Source: Oculina patagonica
Taxonomy: Eukaryota
Direction: 5' to 3'
Assembly (NCBI RefSeq): GCF_052425735.1
Contig: NC_135769.1
Coordinates: forward strand, 14,818,001-14,882,000
DNA: 64,000 nt
This document shows, piece after piece, positions 37,718 to 48,237 of the stretch; within the stretch, counting starts at the first letter, position 1, and each line of letters starts with the position of its first letter. A model generated the notes under the pieces. That model worked only from the letters and a program-made list of their open reading frames with translations, ran no database searches and was not told where the DNA came from. Both the position numbers and the translations under genes were made by a program.

Positions 37718-40700
37718 TCACGCTCGTATATCGGACTCGTCATCACCAAGATAACTTGCCGATTGTGTCCGACTCATTGTCGATGGTCCCCGACTAAGTT
37801 TGTTGAACGAAGCGCCTCGAATCACAGATCTTGTTCTGCTACCCTGCCGAAATCTAGGCGAACCTGTTTCGTCGGATATGTAGTTATCGTTCATGTATGG
37901 CTCTCGCGAAGAAACTGGCGCTTTTTCTTTTTGATGACCCGTTAGACAAATTGCACTATTCCATCGTGCATTTGACACTATTTTCCGTCGAGAGCCGCGT
38001 TGGTCACTGTGCTTTAGTGATTGTTGCGACAAATATTTGTTCACGCCTTTTTGACTGATGCTATTACTTCTCAATCCACGGCCATTTCTATCTCCTTCAT
38101 GTGGTTCTTCGTCGGCAAACCGCACACTTGACAGAGACATATTCGATCGTCTTTGACTGCGGGAGGACCCTACGCTTTCGGAAGACTCGGATATTTGATA
38201 AGCCGCTTGGGGATTTGAGATACGTGTTGCATTACGTTGGGCGAAATAACATTCTTCTGTACCATCTTCATCAAATGAAGTTAAACGACTGGAATGGGAT
38301 TTGGAGGGAGGGAGGTTCTTGGTGTATCGTCCGCGGTTTGTAAGCCTTGTGGTGTTCGAAGACCTTCCTGATCTCCAGTCTCCATCTTGATAACAACCCT
38401 CTTCTTCAAACACAGATTCTTCTTCAGGGTCCTCGTAGGACACCGAATGTCGAAGGTTGCGAGGTTCAGAACGAGGTTCCGAACGTCCAGAGCCATTCAG
38501 GTTAGCTTGTTTTGAGCTTTTGGCCATGAAAGTCGGGTCGCGTTTGTTTCTCTCTTGGCGATCGTCTTCTAGACCTTCATATGATGATGAACTGCGAAAA
38601 TAACGCATTCTAGAGTCTCTTCCGCTCTGTTGATTCCAAACGTCTGTAGCACCATGACCAGAACTTCCAGGTTTCCCATTCGTTTCTGCATCATCTTCAC
38701 CAGTATCGTGCAAAGATACCGGAGTGCCATGACTGCCAACGTTTTGCTCTCCAGGATATTTATCACGATCCCAAACAGCTGGAGGACCACTACCAGCTCT
38801 CGCATACCTCTTATCGTCGATGTGTGGTCCTTCACGAGTTGGAAAACTATCTGGACTTCTCTGACATTTCTCTTGGTTGTTCAAAGATATAAGTGCTCCA
38901 GATACCTCGGATTTCCTAGCATTTGGAGCTTTTGCATACCTAGCTTGATGTACAGTTACAGGCGCGTCTAAATGGGCACTTTCATGCTTTCCCAGATATT
39001 CGTCGTGGTGACTTGCAGGCTCGTCAAGGTGGGAACGTGGCGATGCAACGTGAAGAAGACTTTCTCCTTTTTTGCGTACTTCCGTAGTGAGTCTTCCAGT
39101 CATTTCATCTCTAGAGCCGAGCCAAGCCGGTTTGAGCGCTACGGTGTCAGATGCCATCTTCACGTCTTCGCTTGGTGTACCTCTGTACCTAATTTCCTCA
39201 ATGGCTACATCTCTCATTTCCATCAGTGCTGTATCTGGCATACTAACGACAGATCTACGCAGAGTATCCCATGGCGAGTTTCTTGGACTTTGGGTAAACA
39301 TTCCAACAGATTCTTCGTTCAAATATTGAGGTTCACTTCGATAAAGCGGATGCGTGGTGTCACGATCGGTCTGTGTAGATGTGGTTATAAGATATTTGTA
39401 CTGCGTGTACATTGGCATAAAATTCTGCGGTTGTTTAAGCGTGTTCCTTCGAGGCTGATATGAAACGCAATCAAAATAAACAGAATCGCTGTCAACCGAT
39501 TCTGTTGATCCTTTTATGTCAGTTGAAGCAACTTTTTCTGTACTTTCCTCACTTTTCTGGCTTGCAGACGAAGAGCCCCCCTTTTTTTTACTCACAACGC
39601 GAACAACCAAACGTGCTAGTCGAATAGCGATGTGGAGCATACTGCCCGACTTTTTACGTGTCTCCTCGACTCCTCGACGAGTCGTCTGATCAACACTTTG
39701 TGCGGCCGATCCAGCCAGATCAGAAGAGGCCTTTACAACGCCTGATGCCATCTCAATAGGATTTTTGTTTAACTGACTTTCAGAAGTCTGCCTGTCTTCG
39801 TCAAGCGGTCTTATATCCGGGGAGATCTCCTCTATTGAAATTCTTGTTTCTTGCAAAGGAACTCGTTCAATTTCGTACTTGATCTCCGATGCACCTTTTT
39901 CAACTTCTCTTGCCAGTTGCCTAGAATTCCATCTCAACTGACGTTCCGCAGAGATAACGCTACTTTTTGCTGCATTTTGCCAGTCCTTCTCAATGAACGT
40001 CTTTCCACGGTCAGCGACATTTAAATCAATAATCACCGATTCGTTGAATCCACACGCGGTCGACGCAAGCGGCTTGCGGTTATCCACTGGTAAAGTTGAA
40101 ACACCTGCTAATGCGGGCGTCTTCCCGGACTGCCATTCGCTTTGTTGTGAGATGTCCTGTGGTGTTTCCAGCCCTATTCCCGCCTCCTGTTTTTCATCAT
40201 CTTTGGATGTTCCTTCACCTCCGCCGACTGCAACCTTGCTTTGTACATCTTCTTCCTGGCCTCCACTTCTTTTCTTCTTGATACGAGCGATAATACCAGC
40301 TGCAAGGACAGCAACCGCAATCACTTTGCGTGTGATGTTTTGATTGCTATCGGTAGGGGTGTTGGAAGTGTTTTTATCTCCTTGTCCTTCTTCGATTCCA
40401 TTGCCGTCCCCAGTGCCTTGCAGTTCTTCTATCTCTCCAATCGGGAGATTAACGTTACTTCCCACTACTTCTCCAAGAACATTGCTTAAATCACCGTCGC
40501 AAGCGCCGCCCTCCGCATCCATATCCTCCAGCCCCTCAGCTACATCCTCAACGACCTCCATAACATCTTCTATAGCCTCAAAGGCGTCCGCTAAGCCTTC
40601 GGGTACATCCGAGTCTCTCTTGCCTTTTCTCTTTTTCGCGCCAAAGAGAAACACTCCAGTCGTAACAATGAAGGAGAATGTTGGAAAAAACGCCATTTTC

Positions 40701-40894
40701 CACCCCTCAAATCCAAAAAGTCCCAATACGTCCTTTATCAGTCCCATTGCAGAGTCAACAACAGCCAGGAAAGTGACAATTTCAAACATGAATTTGTCGA
40801 TAACGTCTGCGAAATCCTCCATGATTTGCAGCAGTTCTTCAGTAGCCGAAGGCATATTTTCTGGATCTTCTTCAGGGGGAACTAAATCATCCAT
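37718..40894 (-). CDS. Uncharacterised 1058-aa protein with N-terminal hydrophobic anchors, an acidic region and a long Ser/Arg-rich disordered C-terminus; intronless
   Basis: A 3.18-kb non-repetitive ORF with higher GC than its flanks. ATG is in AATCACAATGG context with an in-frame TAA 9 nt upstream. No family is recognised. Confidence 0.85.
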   Translation of the reverse strand: MDDLVPPEEDPENMPSATEELLQIMEDFADVIDKFMFEIVTFLAVVDSAMGLIKDVLGLFGFEGWKMAFFPTFSFIVTTGVFLFGAKKRKGKRDSDVPEGLADAFEAIEDVMEVVEDVAEGLEDMDAEGGACDGDLSNVLGEVVGSNVNLPIGEIEELQGTGDGNGIEEGQGDKNTSNTPTDSNQNITRKVIAVAVLAAGIIARIKKKRSGGQEEDVQSKVAVGGGEGTSKDDEKQEAGIGLETPQDISQQSEWQSGKTPALAGVSTLPVDNRKPLASTACGFNESVIIDLNVADRGKTFIEKDWQNAAKSSVISAERQLRWNSRQLAREVEKGASEIKYEIERVPLQETRISIEEISPDIRPLDEDRQTSESQLNKNPIEMASGVVKASSDLAGSAAQSVDQTTRRGVEETRKKSGSMLHIAIRLARLVVRVVSKKKGGSSSASQKSEESTEKVASTDIKGSTESVDSDSVYFDCVSYQPRRNTLKQPQNFMPMYTQYKYLITTSTQTDRDTTHPLYRSEPQYLNEESVGMFTQSPRNSPWDTLRRSVVSMPDTALMEMRDVAIEEIRYRGTPSEDVKMASDTVALKPAWLGSRDEMTGRLTTEVRKKGESLLHVASPRSHLDEPASHHDEYLGKHESAHLDAPVTVHQARYAKAPNARKSEVSGALISLNNQEKCQRSPDSFPTREGPHIDDKRYARAGSGPPAVWDRDKYPGEQNVGSHGTPVSLHDTGEDDAETNGKPGSSGHGATDVWNQQSGRDSRMRYFRSSSSYEGLEDDRQERNKRDPTFMAKSSKQANLNGSGRSEPRSEPRNLRHSVSYEDPEEESVFEEEGCYQDGDWRSGRSSNTTRLTNRGRYTKNLPPSKSHSSRLTSFDEDGTEECYFAQRNATRISNPQAAYQISESSESVGSSRSQRRSNMSLSSVRFADEEPHEGDRNGRGLRSNSISQKGVNKYLSQQSLKHSDQRGSRRKIVSNARWNSAICLTGHQKEKAPVSSREPYMNDNYISDETGSPRFRQGSRTRSVIRGASFNKLSRGPSTMSRTQSASYLGDDESDIRA

Positions 40895-42068
40895 TGTGAT
40901 TTAAATATTTGCTATTTCCTAACACCCGTGATCAATAAAATCTCTAACTTGGACGTTCAAGATCCAGCTTCTAACGATTAAATTTGTTACAATGTTGGTT
41001 TTCATGCTCCCTGTTGTTATCATTATTTCGAAAACCTTTGACACCTGTTATATTGAAGCTGTTAAATCATAATTAATTCAAGAAAATTCTGCAAGCTTAT
41101 TAATATAACTTAAAGTGGTCATAACAATTAGCAACTCATAAGCGGGCGAAAAAACCTGGCCTGAATTTCCGGCGGCAGCTAAAAATTTAGGCTTGCCGGA
41201 AAACCTTGAATGCTCTTCTCCCTAGTTATTCAATTAAATTAGCATTAAGAAATTGCAGAAAAGCTTTCAAACCGTCTGGACTTATCCAGTTTGCTTCTCT
41301 TTTCCCACATAACACATCAAATGACACCTGCAGCTACACAACATAATTATTTTACTGGCTTGTAAGCAGGTTATCACACTTTGATACTAACGGAGATGAA
41401 AAAAAAAAACAGTATGATACGAGCTTTTGGTGAAAGAGTGGGTCAAAATCTAATTTTTGGTGCACGAAAAAACGCAAATTTAAATGCATCGACGCCGTTA
41501 TTAAGCAATACATAAATTTCACTGTTTTCAAGAAGAGATTTAAAACAAGTCTTGGTCGTCTGAATGAATAATTTATTCGTGTTTCCTTCTTTAAACTGTC
41601 TTATAAACTGATTTGTTTGGTAAATAGGATTTCGAAAAATTAAACTCAACTCGGCGAAACTGATAGCGACGCTTAGCTCCACCAGTTGAGTTAATTTGGC
41701 GGAACCAGTGAAAGCGAGGCTTTGAAGTTTCATTCAATATGCCCACCCATTCATCGTTCATGGAAGCCGTGTGTACACGAACGTAGCAAATGCAACGTGT
41801 TGATTTAATCACGGATTCTATCTATATAATTCCCTAATTTAGTTCAAATTAGTCCTTCCCTAATACATAAATCCCTTGTAATTTAATTGAAGGATTTGTC
41901 TTAAATTCGTCAATATACTTTACAACCATATTAATTGTCAATACCCGATAATTTCACCTCAAGTAAGTAGTATATATAGCCTAAAGGCAGAGCTCCCCAG
42001 TTATTTAATTTTCCGGACTTTTGAATAATGTTTGCATTCTGGTAAATGCGCAGCAAAATATTAAAAGT

Positions 42069-42310
42069 ACGGTCGCTCAAAGGTGCAAGGTTAATATTTT
42101 ACCCCACAACAAAATATGCTCACGGCAAAAATTGTCATTGAGCAAGAACAAAATAATTTCAAAGCAATATTAAAAGCAAAGCCTATCAACTCACGAAATC
42201 ATTGAAAGGTCAGCACAGAAGAGGAAAATAACAACTCACGGTAATTGAAAATCAACTCAAGGCAAAGACAACCAACAACGCAGATAACGACGGCAAAAGA
42301 AAAGCAACTC
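42069..42310. repeat. Degenerate interspersed repeat with CTCACGGCAAAA-like internal units
   Basis: Starts ACGGTCGCTCAAAG, with several decayed AACTCACGG/CACGGCAAAA units. Confidence 0.4.
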
Positions 42311-43361
42311 CCGGGTTTACTGGACCAGTGCATGTACATGTACAAGAGCTGCTGAATGAAGGCCTAAAGACCGTCAGAAAGTAACAACATATTTGCGTCA
42401 TAAAATTAGGCTGAGCAATTCAGTAGCATTAGTATCTTACATTTTGGTCTTGTTCTCTACTGCTTGGTCTGTAATCATTCTGATGAAGACAGCCGGAGAT
42501 CCGTAAACGAGTACGGCAAACTGCTACAGATGAGATAACCTTTAACAAGGTAATAATTTCGGATCTCCCCGTAAACCATTGTCGTTTTTCACGATTTCAC
42601 GGAATATAAACGACTTAATACAGTAAAAAGGGTATTGTGTCAGAAATATTTCAGAACTCAATAAAATCATGTTCTATCTCGCTCGCTTTCCTCGCTTTTC
42701 ATTCAACTCACACAGTGAACACTGTACAACAAATGTTGCCGCCTTTTCAGACTAACTTATTGTTTAGTTCAAGCTGAAACGACCACATCATCCCGTCGAT
42801 TTAACCCAATTGGTTGTTTTATAGTTACGCAAAACTCGACCGGCGATAGAATTAAAAATTTAACTGTTCACGGCAGATATTGATAAAACTCGCAACGAAA
42901 AACTCCTATTGACTGGCGCCAGGCCCTTGTCGTATTCAACTTCAACTTTAATCCAAGATGGCGGCCACCCTAACCAAAGACTAGTCGTCAGGCCTGGGCC
43001 GAACTGTAGACGACAGTGAACTTGGCGTTTCACGATAAACAACTTAATCAACAATACAACTTCAACGGTAGTTAAGTGTTTTTATAACTTTAATTAAAAT
43101 CCAGTCTTACTTTTCGTAATCATCGAATTTCTTAGATAATATTATGATTCTGTTATTGTGACACTTTTTCCAAAGTCATTTATAATCTGCATGTTAGAGA
43201 ACATTAACCTTGCAAAACCCATTTAACAATAATTATAAAATATGAAAATACCACTTACTCCTTAACGTCTATTTACACATAATTTTTAAGAAAATACGTC
43301 GTTTTGTTTTAACCTTCTATGTAATGTAACCTTTAATTTTTAGTCGTTATCAATCGGCTAC

Positions 43362-43644
43362 TTAACAATCATTCCACGAACGCGCGTTGGATATGAGATG
43401 GTAGATAGTCAACGAGGCGCGTAGCGCCGAGTTGGCTATAACGATCCCATATCCAACAAGCGCGAGTGGAATAATTGTTTTATTAAAAACGCCCAAAGAA
43501 TTGCAATATTTGAGCTCCCCAGCTGTTTTCGTTGTTGCGTATCGACTACCATATTTGTGGTCAATGGTATATGAGCTCATATACCATTGCCTGTTGACCA
43601 ATCAAAACGCAGGAATTGCAATATACCATTGCTAGTTTTTAATA
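43362..43644. mobile_element. Small non-autonomous hairpin element (Crypton-like, tentative)
   Basis: An imperfect hairpin of ~115 bp, AACAATCATTCCAC...GTGGAATAATTGTT, with apex GGCGC-GTA-GCGCC. A second inverted pair is TTATTAAAAAC / GTTTTTAATAA. Confidence 0.65.
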
Positions 43645-44083
43645 ATAACTACTAGACGCCTATTTGCAAAAAGAGTATAAAAATGTACGTTTGAAATAAG
43701 TACCAAGCTTTTACTCATTTCAAACGTTCGTTATGGTGTTTTTTCCAAAGAACTTGGACAAATAGAAAACGCGCTGGCGATTATATAGCGTGATGTAAAT
43801 CGAGTCAGGTAAGCTCTGGTCTTCCTCTCCCGAACTCGTTGGTGTGTTTGCAGCAGGCTATGTAAATATAAAACAGCCATTTCATTAGTTTAAAACTTAA
43901 AAAAAGTCTCAGAACGGGCGTTAGCTACATTAATACCTACTACAAAATGTTGTCTCGTTCGCTTATATCAATATAGATGGAAGTTACAAGACAACACCGT
44001 CTTATCAAGATGTCTCAACGCTGTCAGTGATAAGATGACAGTCACTAAGACCAGCTAGATGGAAACACACTGCTTCAGTTTAA

Positions 44084-45854
44084 GGTGGCTCAACTGGATT
44101 TTTTAGGGGTAACACTGCTCAAGTTTGAGAATTAACTACGTCGCCATTAACAATGCTATCGAAAAACGATCGCCACAGTTGTATTAGATAAAGATGAAAT
44201 TTTTTTTATGATCAGTGTTATATTGACATCGGAGTTGCCATAGCGACGAAATGACGTCATTACGTCTTTTACTTTCGCTCGTATTACTCAGCACCAGGAG
44301 ATTTTTACGAAAATCGCTCAAAGGAGCTTGTACCACACATAGCTGCCTCGATGTTGGCAAAGTTTGAACAAATTCTATGAGAGCGTTTTCGAAATATTTG
44401 GGGATGAAGTTTTCGGGGCTATAAAAACAGTCAAAAACATACTAACGAGAAAATGGGGTAATATCTAAAGAAAACGACGCGCCTGTGAATTGCAATTTCA
44501 TCTTATGGTAGTTTGATTTCATTTAAAATCGCGTGTAAACAGTGGTGGGGATTGCTTTGGTCGATTGCGAGAAAAAAGAATTTGATGAGCGTGCGTTCCG
44601 GTGCTTTGTTGCCATTTTCGTTTATTTTTTGTCTATGCCTACAAAAGTGATAAAAACCGCCGATATTTTTAATTGACACTCAGGTTTTCATCATTGATAA
44701 GCGGCGCCATGACAGGGGCCAATGTCCGCAGACATGTTACAGCGAGGTCCCCTATTCACGGGTATTGTTTTCAAGTTTCATATCTTCGTGCACCACTCCA
44801 GTAAAAAAATTCATTTGCATTAAACAGGACGCTCGATTGCTTTCCGAAACATTTTCCGAAGCATGCTAATCTGCCTTAGGGCGAGAATAGCAATGACAAT
44901 ATCTACAGAATAATAGCTTTCGTTTTCTGGACAGAGGCCCTTGACATCAATAGCCCGACTAATGCTGTTACAATTTTTCCTAAGCAATACAAGCATGTTT
45001 CGGAAAATTGTTCGGAAAGCAGTCGAGCGTCCTATTTAATGCAAATGAATTTTTTTGCTCAAGTCGTGCACGTGGATATGAAACTTGAAAACAATACCCG
45101 TGAATAAGGGGGACACTCGCTTGTAAACATGAAATCTGCGAGAAAAAAATCAGTATATTGAAGGCCCAATTTTACTGTCTTAAATGTTTTCAATGAGCTT
45201 GAAACTTGCAAGCTTTATAAATAGATGACAAACCTCGAGTTTGTCAAATTTTAAAAAAATTCATCGAGCGGTTTTTAATTTATTATCACTTTTGTTGGCA
45301 TAGACCAAATAATAAACGAAAATGGCAACAAGAGCACCGGAACGCACGCTCATCAAATTCTTTTTTCTCGCAATCGACCAAAGCAATCCCCACCACTGTT
45401 TTACACACGATTTTAAATGAAATCAAACTACCATAAGATGAAATTGCAATTCACAGGCGCGTCGTTTTCTTTAGATATTACCCCATTTTCTCGTTAGTAT
45501 GTTTTTGACTGTTTTTATAGCCCCGAAAACTTCATCCCCAAATATTTCGAAAACGCTCTCATAGAATTTGTTCAAACTTTGCCAACATCGAGGCAGCTAT
45601 GTGTGGTACAAGCTCCTTTGAGCGATTTTCGTAAAAATCTTCTGGTGCTGAGTAATACGAGCGAAAGTAAAAGACGTAATGACGTCATTTCGTCGCTATG
45701 GCAACTCCGATGTCAATATAACACTGATCATAAAAAAATTTCATCTTTATCTAATACAACTGTGGCGATCGTTTTTCGATAGCATTGTTAATGGCGACGT
45801 AGTTAATTCTCAAACTTGAGCAGTGTTACCCCTAAAAAATCCAGTTGAGCCACC
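44084..45854. mobile_element. 1771-bp non-autonomous foldback DNA transposon with TTAA TSD (Kolobok-type ends)
   Basis: TTAA|GGTGGCTCAACTGG ... CCAGTTGAGCCACC|TTAA. The near-identical TIRs are ~575 bp (44084-~44660 and ~45282-45854). An inner IR pair lies at ~44753-44867 and ~44992-45106. No transposase ORF. Confidence 0.92.
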
Positions 45855-45984
45855 TTAACTAACTACAAGTCAAAAAGAAAAACATATTTAGGTAATCAAA
45901 TTTCTTTCCACTTGACGTAATTTAAGAAACTATTTCTGAACAAGCATAGATAAGAAGACTTAACCACAAACCCCGATTTGCAAT

Positions 45985-46242
45985 TTATTTTCCCTTGCCC
46001 TGCTCACTCCCTTCCTTTGTTCCTTTGTATAATTCGTCTTCTTCTATTTCGCTACCGGGCGTTTCCACTGTAACGTCATTCTGCCCGTACATGCTGTAAA
46101 TATCTACCTCGCTGAGGTCAAGTTTTGCAAGCAAACTGTTGGGCCCCGAAACTTGAACTTCAGCCTCGATAACGTCTTCGGCCTCGTCCACATCTTCGTC
46201 AACTCCAATGGCAGCCCTGACACTGATCCACCGCCAGCAGTC
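45985..46242 (-). CDS. TECPR1: TECPR1 last coding exon (end of last tectonin repeat plus acidic tail)
   Basis: CCTTGTAG|DCWRWISVRAAIGVDEDVDEAE...KGK*, comparable to vertebrate GGWDHISVR. Phase 0. Confidence 0.8.
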   Translation of the reverse strand, partial: DCWRWISVRAAIGVDEDVDEAEDVIEAEVQVSGPNSLLAKLDLSEVDIYSMYGQNDVTVETPGSEIEEDELYKGTKEGSEQGKGK

Positions 46243-46979
46243 CTACAAGGACATTAGAATTGGTAACAATGCTAAAACAAACATACTTGGGCTTTATGTC
46301 TCTCCAGCGTCCTATGACCAGGTAACATAAACAATGGAAATACACGACATATGCCGCGGTGAAGTTTCAGTCCTCCATTGAATTACGAGAAAGAGGTAAG
46401 ATTCCTGAAAAAGCTTCATCAAAATTTGTGTTGTTTAGGAAAACACCGAAATTAACACGCACAGCTCTTTCCGTACGAATATTTAATAACGTCTACGAGG
46501 CGGAAAGCACGACTAAGCCTTATTCCCTGATTAAAAACAGCTGCACGTCAACGCATTTGGCAACTTTGTTGGCCGACTTCCGCTTCCGTTTATCCAGAAC
46601 TAGTATGTATTCATGTGGTCTCAAATTCCCAGGCAAGTCCAAAACACAAATCAGTCTGCGGGAAACAACGACAAGACTTTTACACATAGTGCAAGTCTGA
46701 TTCACAAATTCAAAACTCAAATTGCGACTCAGTTTGACCAGGGCTTCAGAATGCAATACGGACGGTCCACGTATTAATATCTGAATCTGGGCTCTTTTAA
46801 TTTAGCGAACTTGTGTAATCCAAAATAACACAGCCATTATCAATTAAAGGACCCTCTAGTATGGATAAACCTTTGTTCAGATTTTTATTCCAGCAACCAC
46901 AAATATCCAAACAATCGTCAATCGTAAAATGAATTGCACAACCTGTGTTTATTCAAAATCATTGTACGACCCACCAATT

Positions 46980-47063
<84 letters not shown>

Positions 47064-47100
47064 TAACGATCGGTCGGTCGGTCGGTCGATCATTCAATCA
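46980..47100. repeat. Compound tetranucleotide microsatellite, (ATCA)~21 + (GGTC)4
   Basis: Directly visible, abutting the splice donor at 47106. Confidence 0.95.
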
Positions 47101-47106
47101 ACTTAC

Positions 47107-47196
47107 TGATAAGACGACTTCCCAGCCCCTCCCTAATGGGTCACATGCTGTCACTTTGTAGCGCCGTTCAATGGCGTTCCGGTTGATCATCCAAAC
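47107..47196 (-). CDS. TECPR1: TECPR1 exon (tectonin repeat)
   Basis: AAG|VWMINRNAIERRYKVTACDPLGRGWEVVLS|GTAAGT, phase 0-0. Confidence 0.85.
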
Positions 47197-47547
47197 CTTT
47201 GGAGAAACACACATCATCAAAACAGGGAAAACCGGTCAGCATACCTGACGCAAAATACCACAGCTATCCCCTTTTAGAATTTATATTCTTTTTAAAAAAG
47301 CAAGCATTTATTTATAACAAAAACAAGTTTTCCAAGACATAATCCTGTAGTTTTTAACATAATCTTTGACCAAAACATAATTTTACAGTTTTTTCAATAC
47401 ATTTTAGTTGATTTTCCATTTTGTTTATTTTTGACCGCTTACGCCGTCAGGATCAGTTTGTCGTCTATATTTTCCATTTAAACTAAGTTACTCATCGGTT
47501 TGTCGCTGTGATATTGAAAATCTTTATTATATTTGTACGGGATATAC

Positions 47548-47654
47548 CTGGTTGTTAGGTCCCACAGAGAGAGACGTCACATGGAATTGTCGAGACTGCC
47601 ACGTGGTGCCTTCTGGGTAGGTATCCGTGATTTGCTGACGATACCAGCACGTAC
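47548..47654 (-). CDS. TECPR1: TECPR1 exon (tectonin repeat)
   Basis: (G)TCWYRQQITDTYPEGTTWQSRQFHVTSLSVGPNNQ, phase 1-0, AG/GT bounded. Confidence 0.88.
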
Positions 47655-48147
47655 CTGGTTCAGTGTCAAGAAATATCAATTACTTTTTGAATGTTTTAAA
47701 GAAGGGTTCACACAGACACTCCATTTCCTATCCATGAAGGTCTTTTTGTAATTAAAAAACCGTGAGAAAAATGACTGGTAATTGCTCGATACAAAGATTC
47801 CAAACGTCTCTCTTTTCTATTTATCCGATCAAAAATTGGTTTAAAATCCAACATTCCGTGCTTTTTTCATGACCTGCTGTAATTTTTGTTTACTTTTTTT
47901 AAACCAACTCTGTTTATAAGACTGCATAGCTAAGCAAAAAGGAATGCACACCTAACTCATGGATAAAGTTTCACACTAATGCACAAGCAACGAGACCCTA
48001 ACGATTTTAAGGAATCTATGTCTCCAAGTTGTATCCCAAGGATATAGGGTACATAATGTAAACAGGCTCACCAAATCACTCTTTTAATGTGCTTTTAAAC
48101 CTTGCGTACAAGTTGTAAAGTTTAAAGGAAGGTGGCCATTACGTTAC

Positions 48148-48237
48148 CATCTTTCTCGCGAGCCCAAACCGATGTCTTTCCAGCGGATACTTGATAGAGA
48201 TGAGGAGGCCTTTCACTGATGTGAAACCACCTGTCCC
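48148..48237 (-). CDS. TECPR1: TECPR1 exon (tectonin repeat)
   Basis: Polypyrimidine tract, then GATAG|(G)DRWFHISERPPHLYQVSAGKTSVWAREKD(G)|GTAACG, phase 1-1. Confidence 0.88.

Noticed and set aside
37763-40904. Plus-strand ORFs overlapping the 1058-aa gene
   Set aside because: Antisense shadows with no independent features.
42479-42530. CTGATGAAGACAGC as another hammerhead
   Set aside because: No closing stem II or GAAA box follows.
42954-42965. YY1-like CAAGATGGCGGC motif as a promoter
   Set aside because: A single motif with no linked gene in that orientation; such motifs are common inside repeats.
48148-48230. Alternative TECPR1 acceptor GACAG|GTGG at 48230
   Set aside because: It is phase-incompatible with the upstream exon. 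The acceptor at 48237 restores the frame and the GDxW motif.
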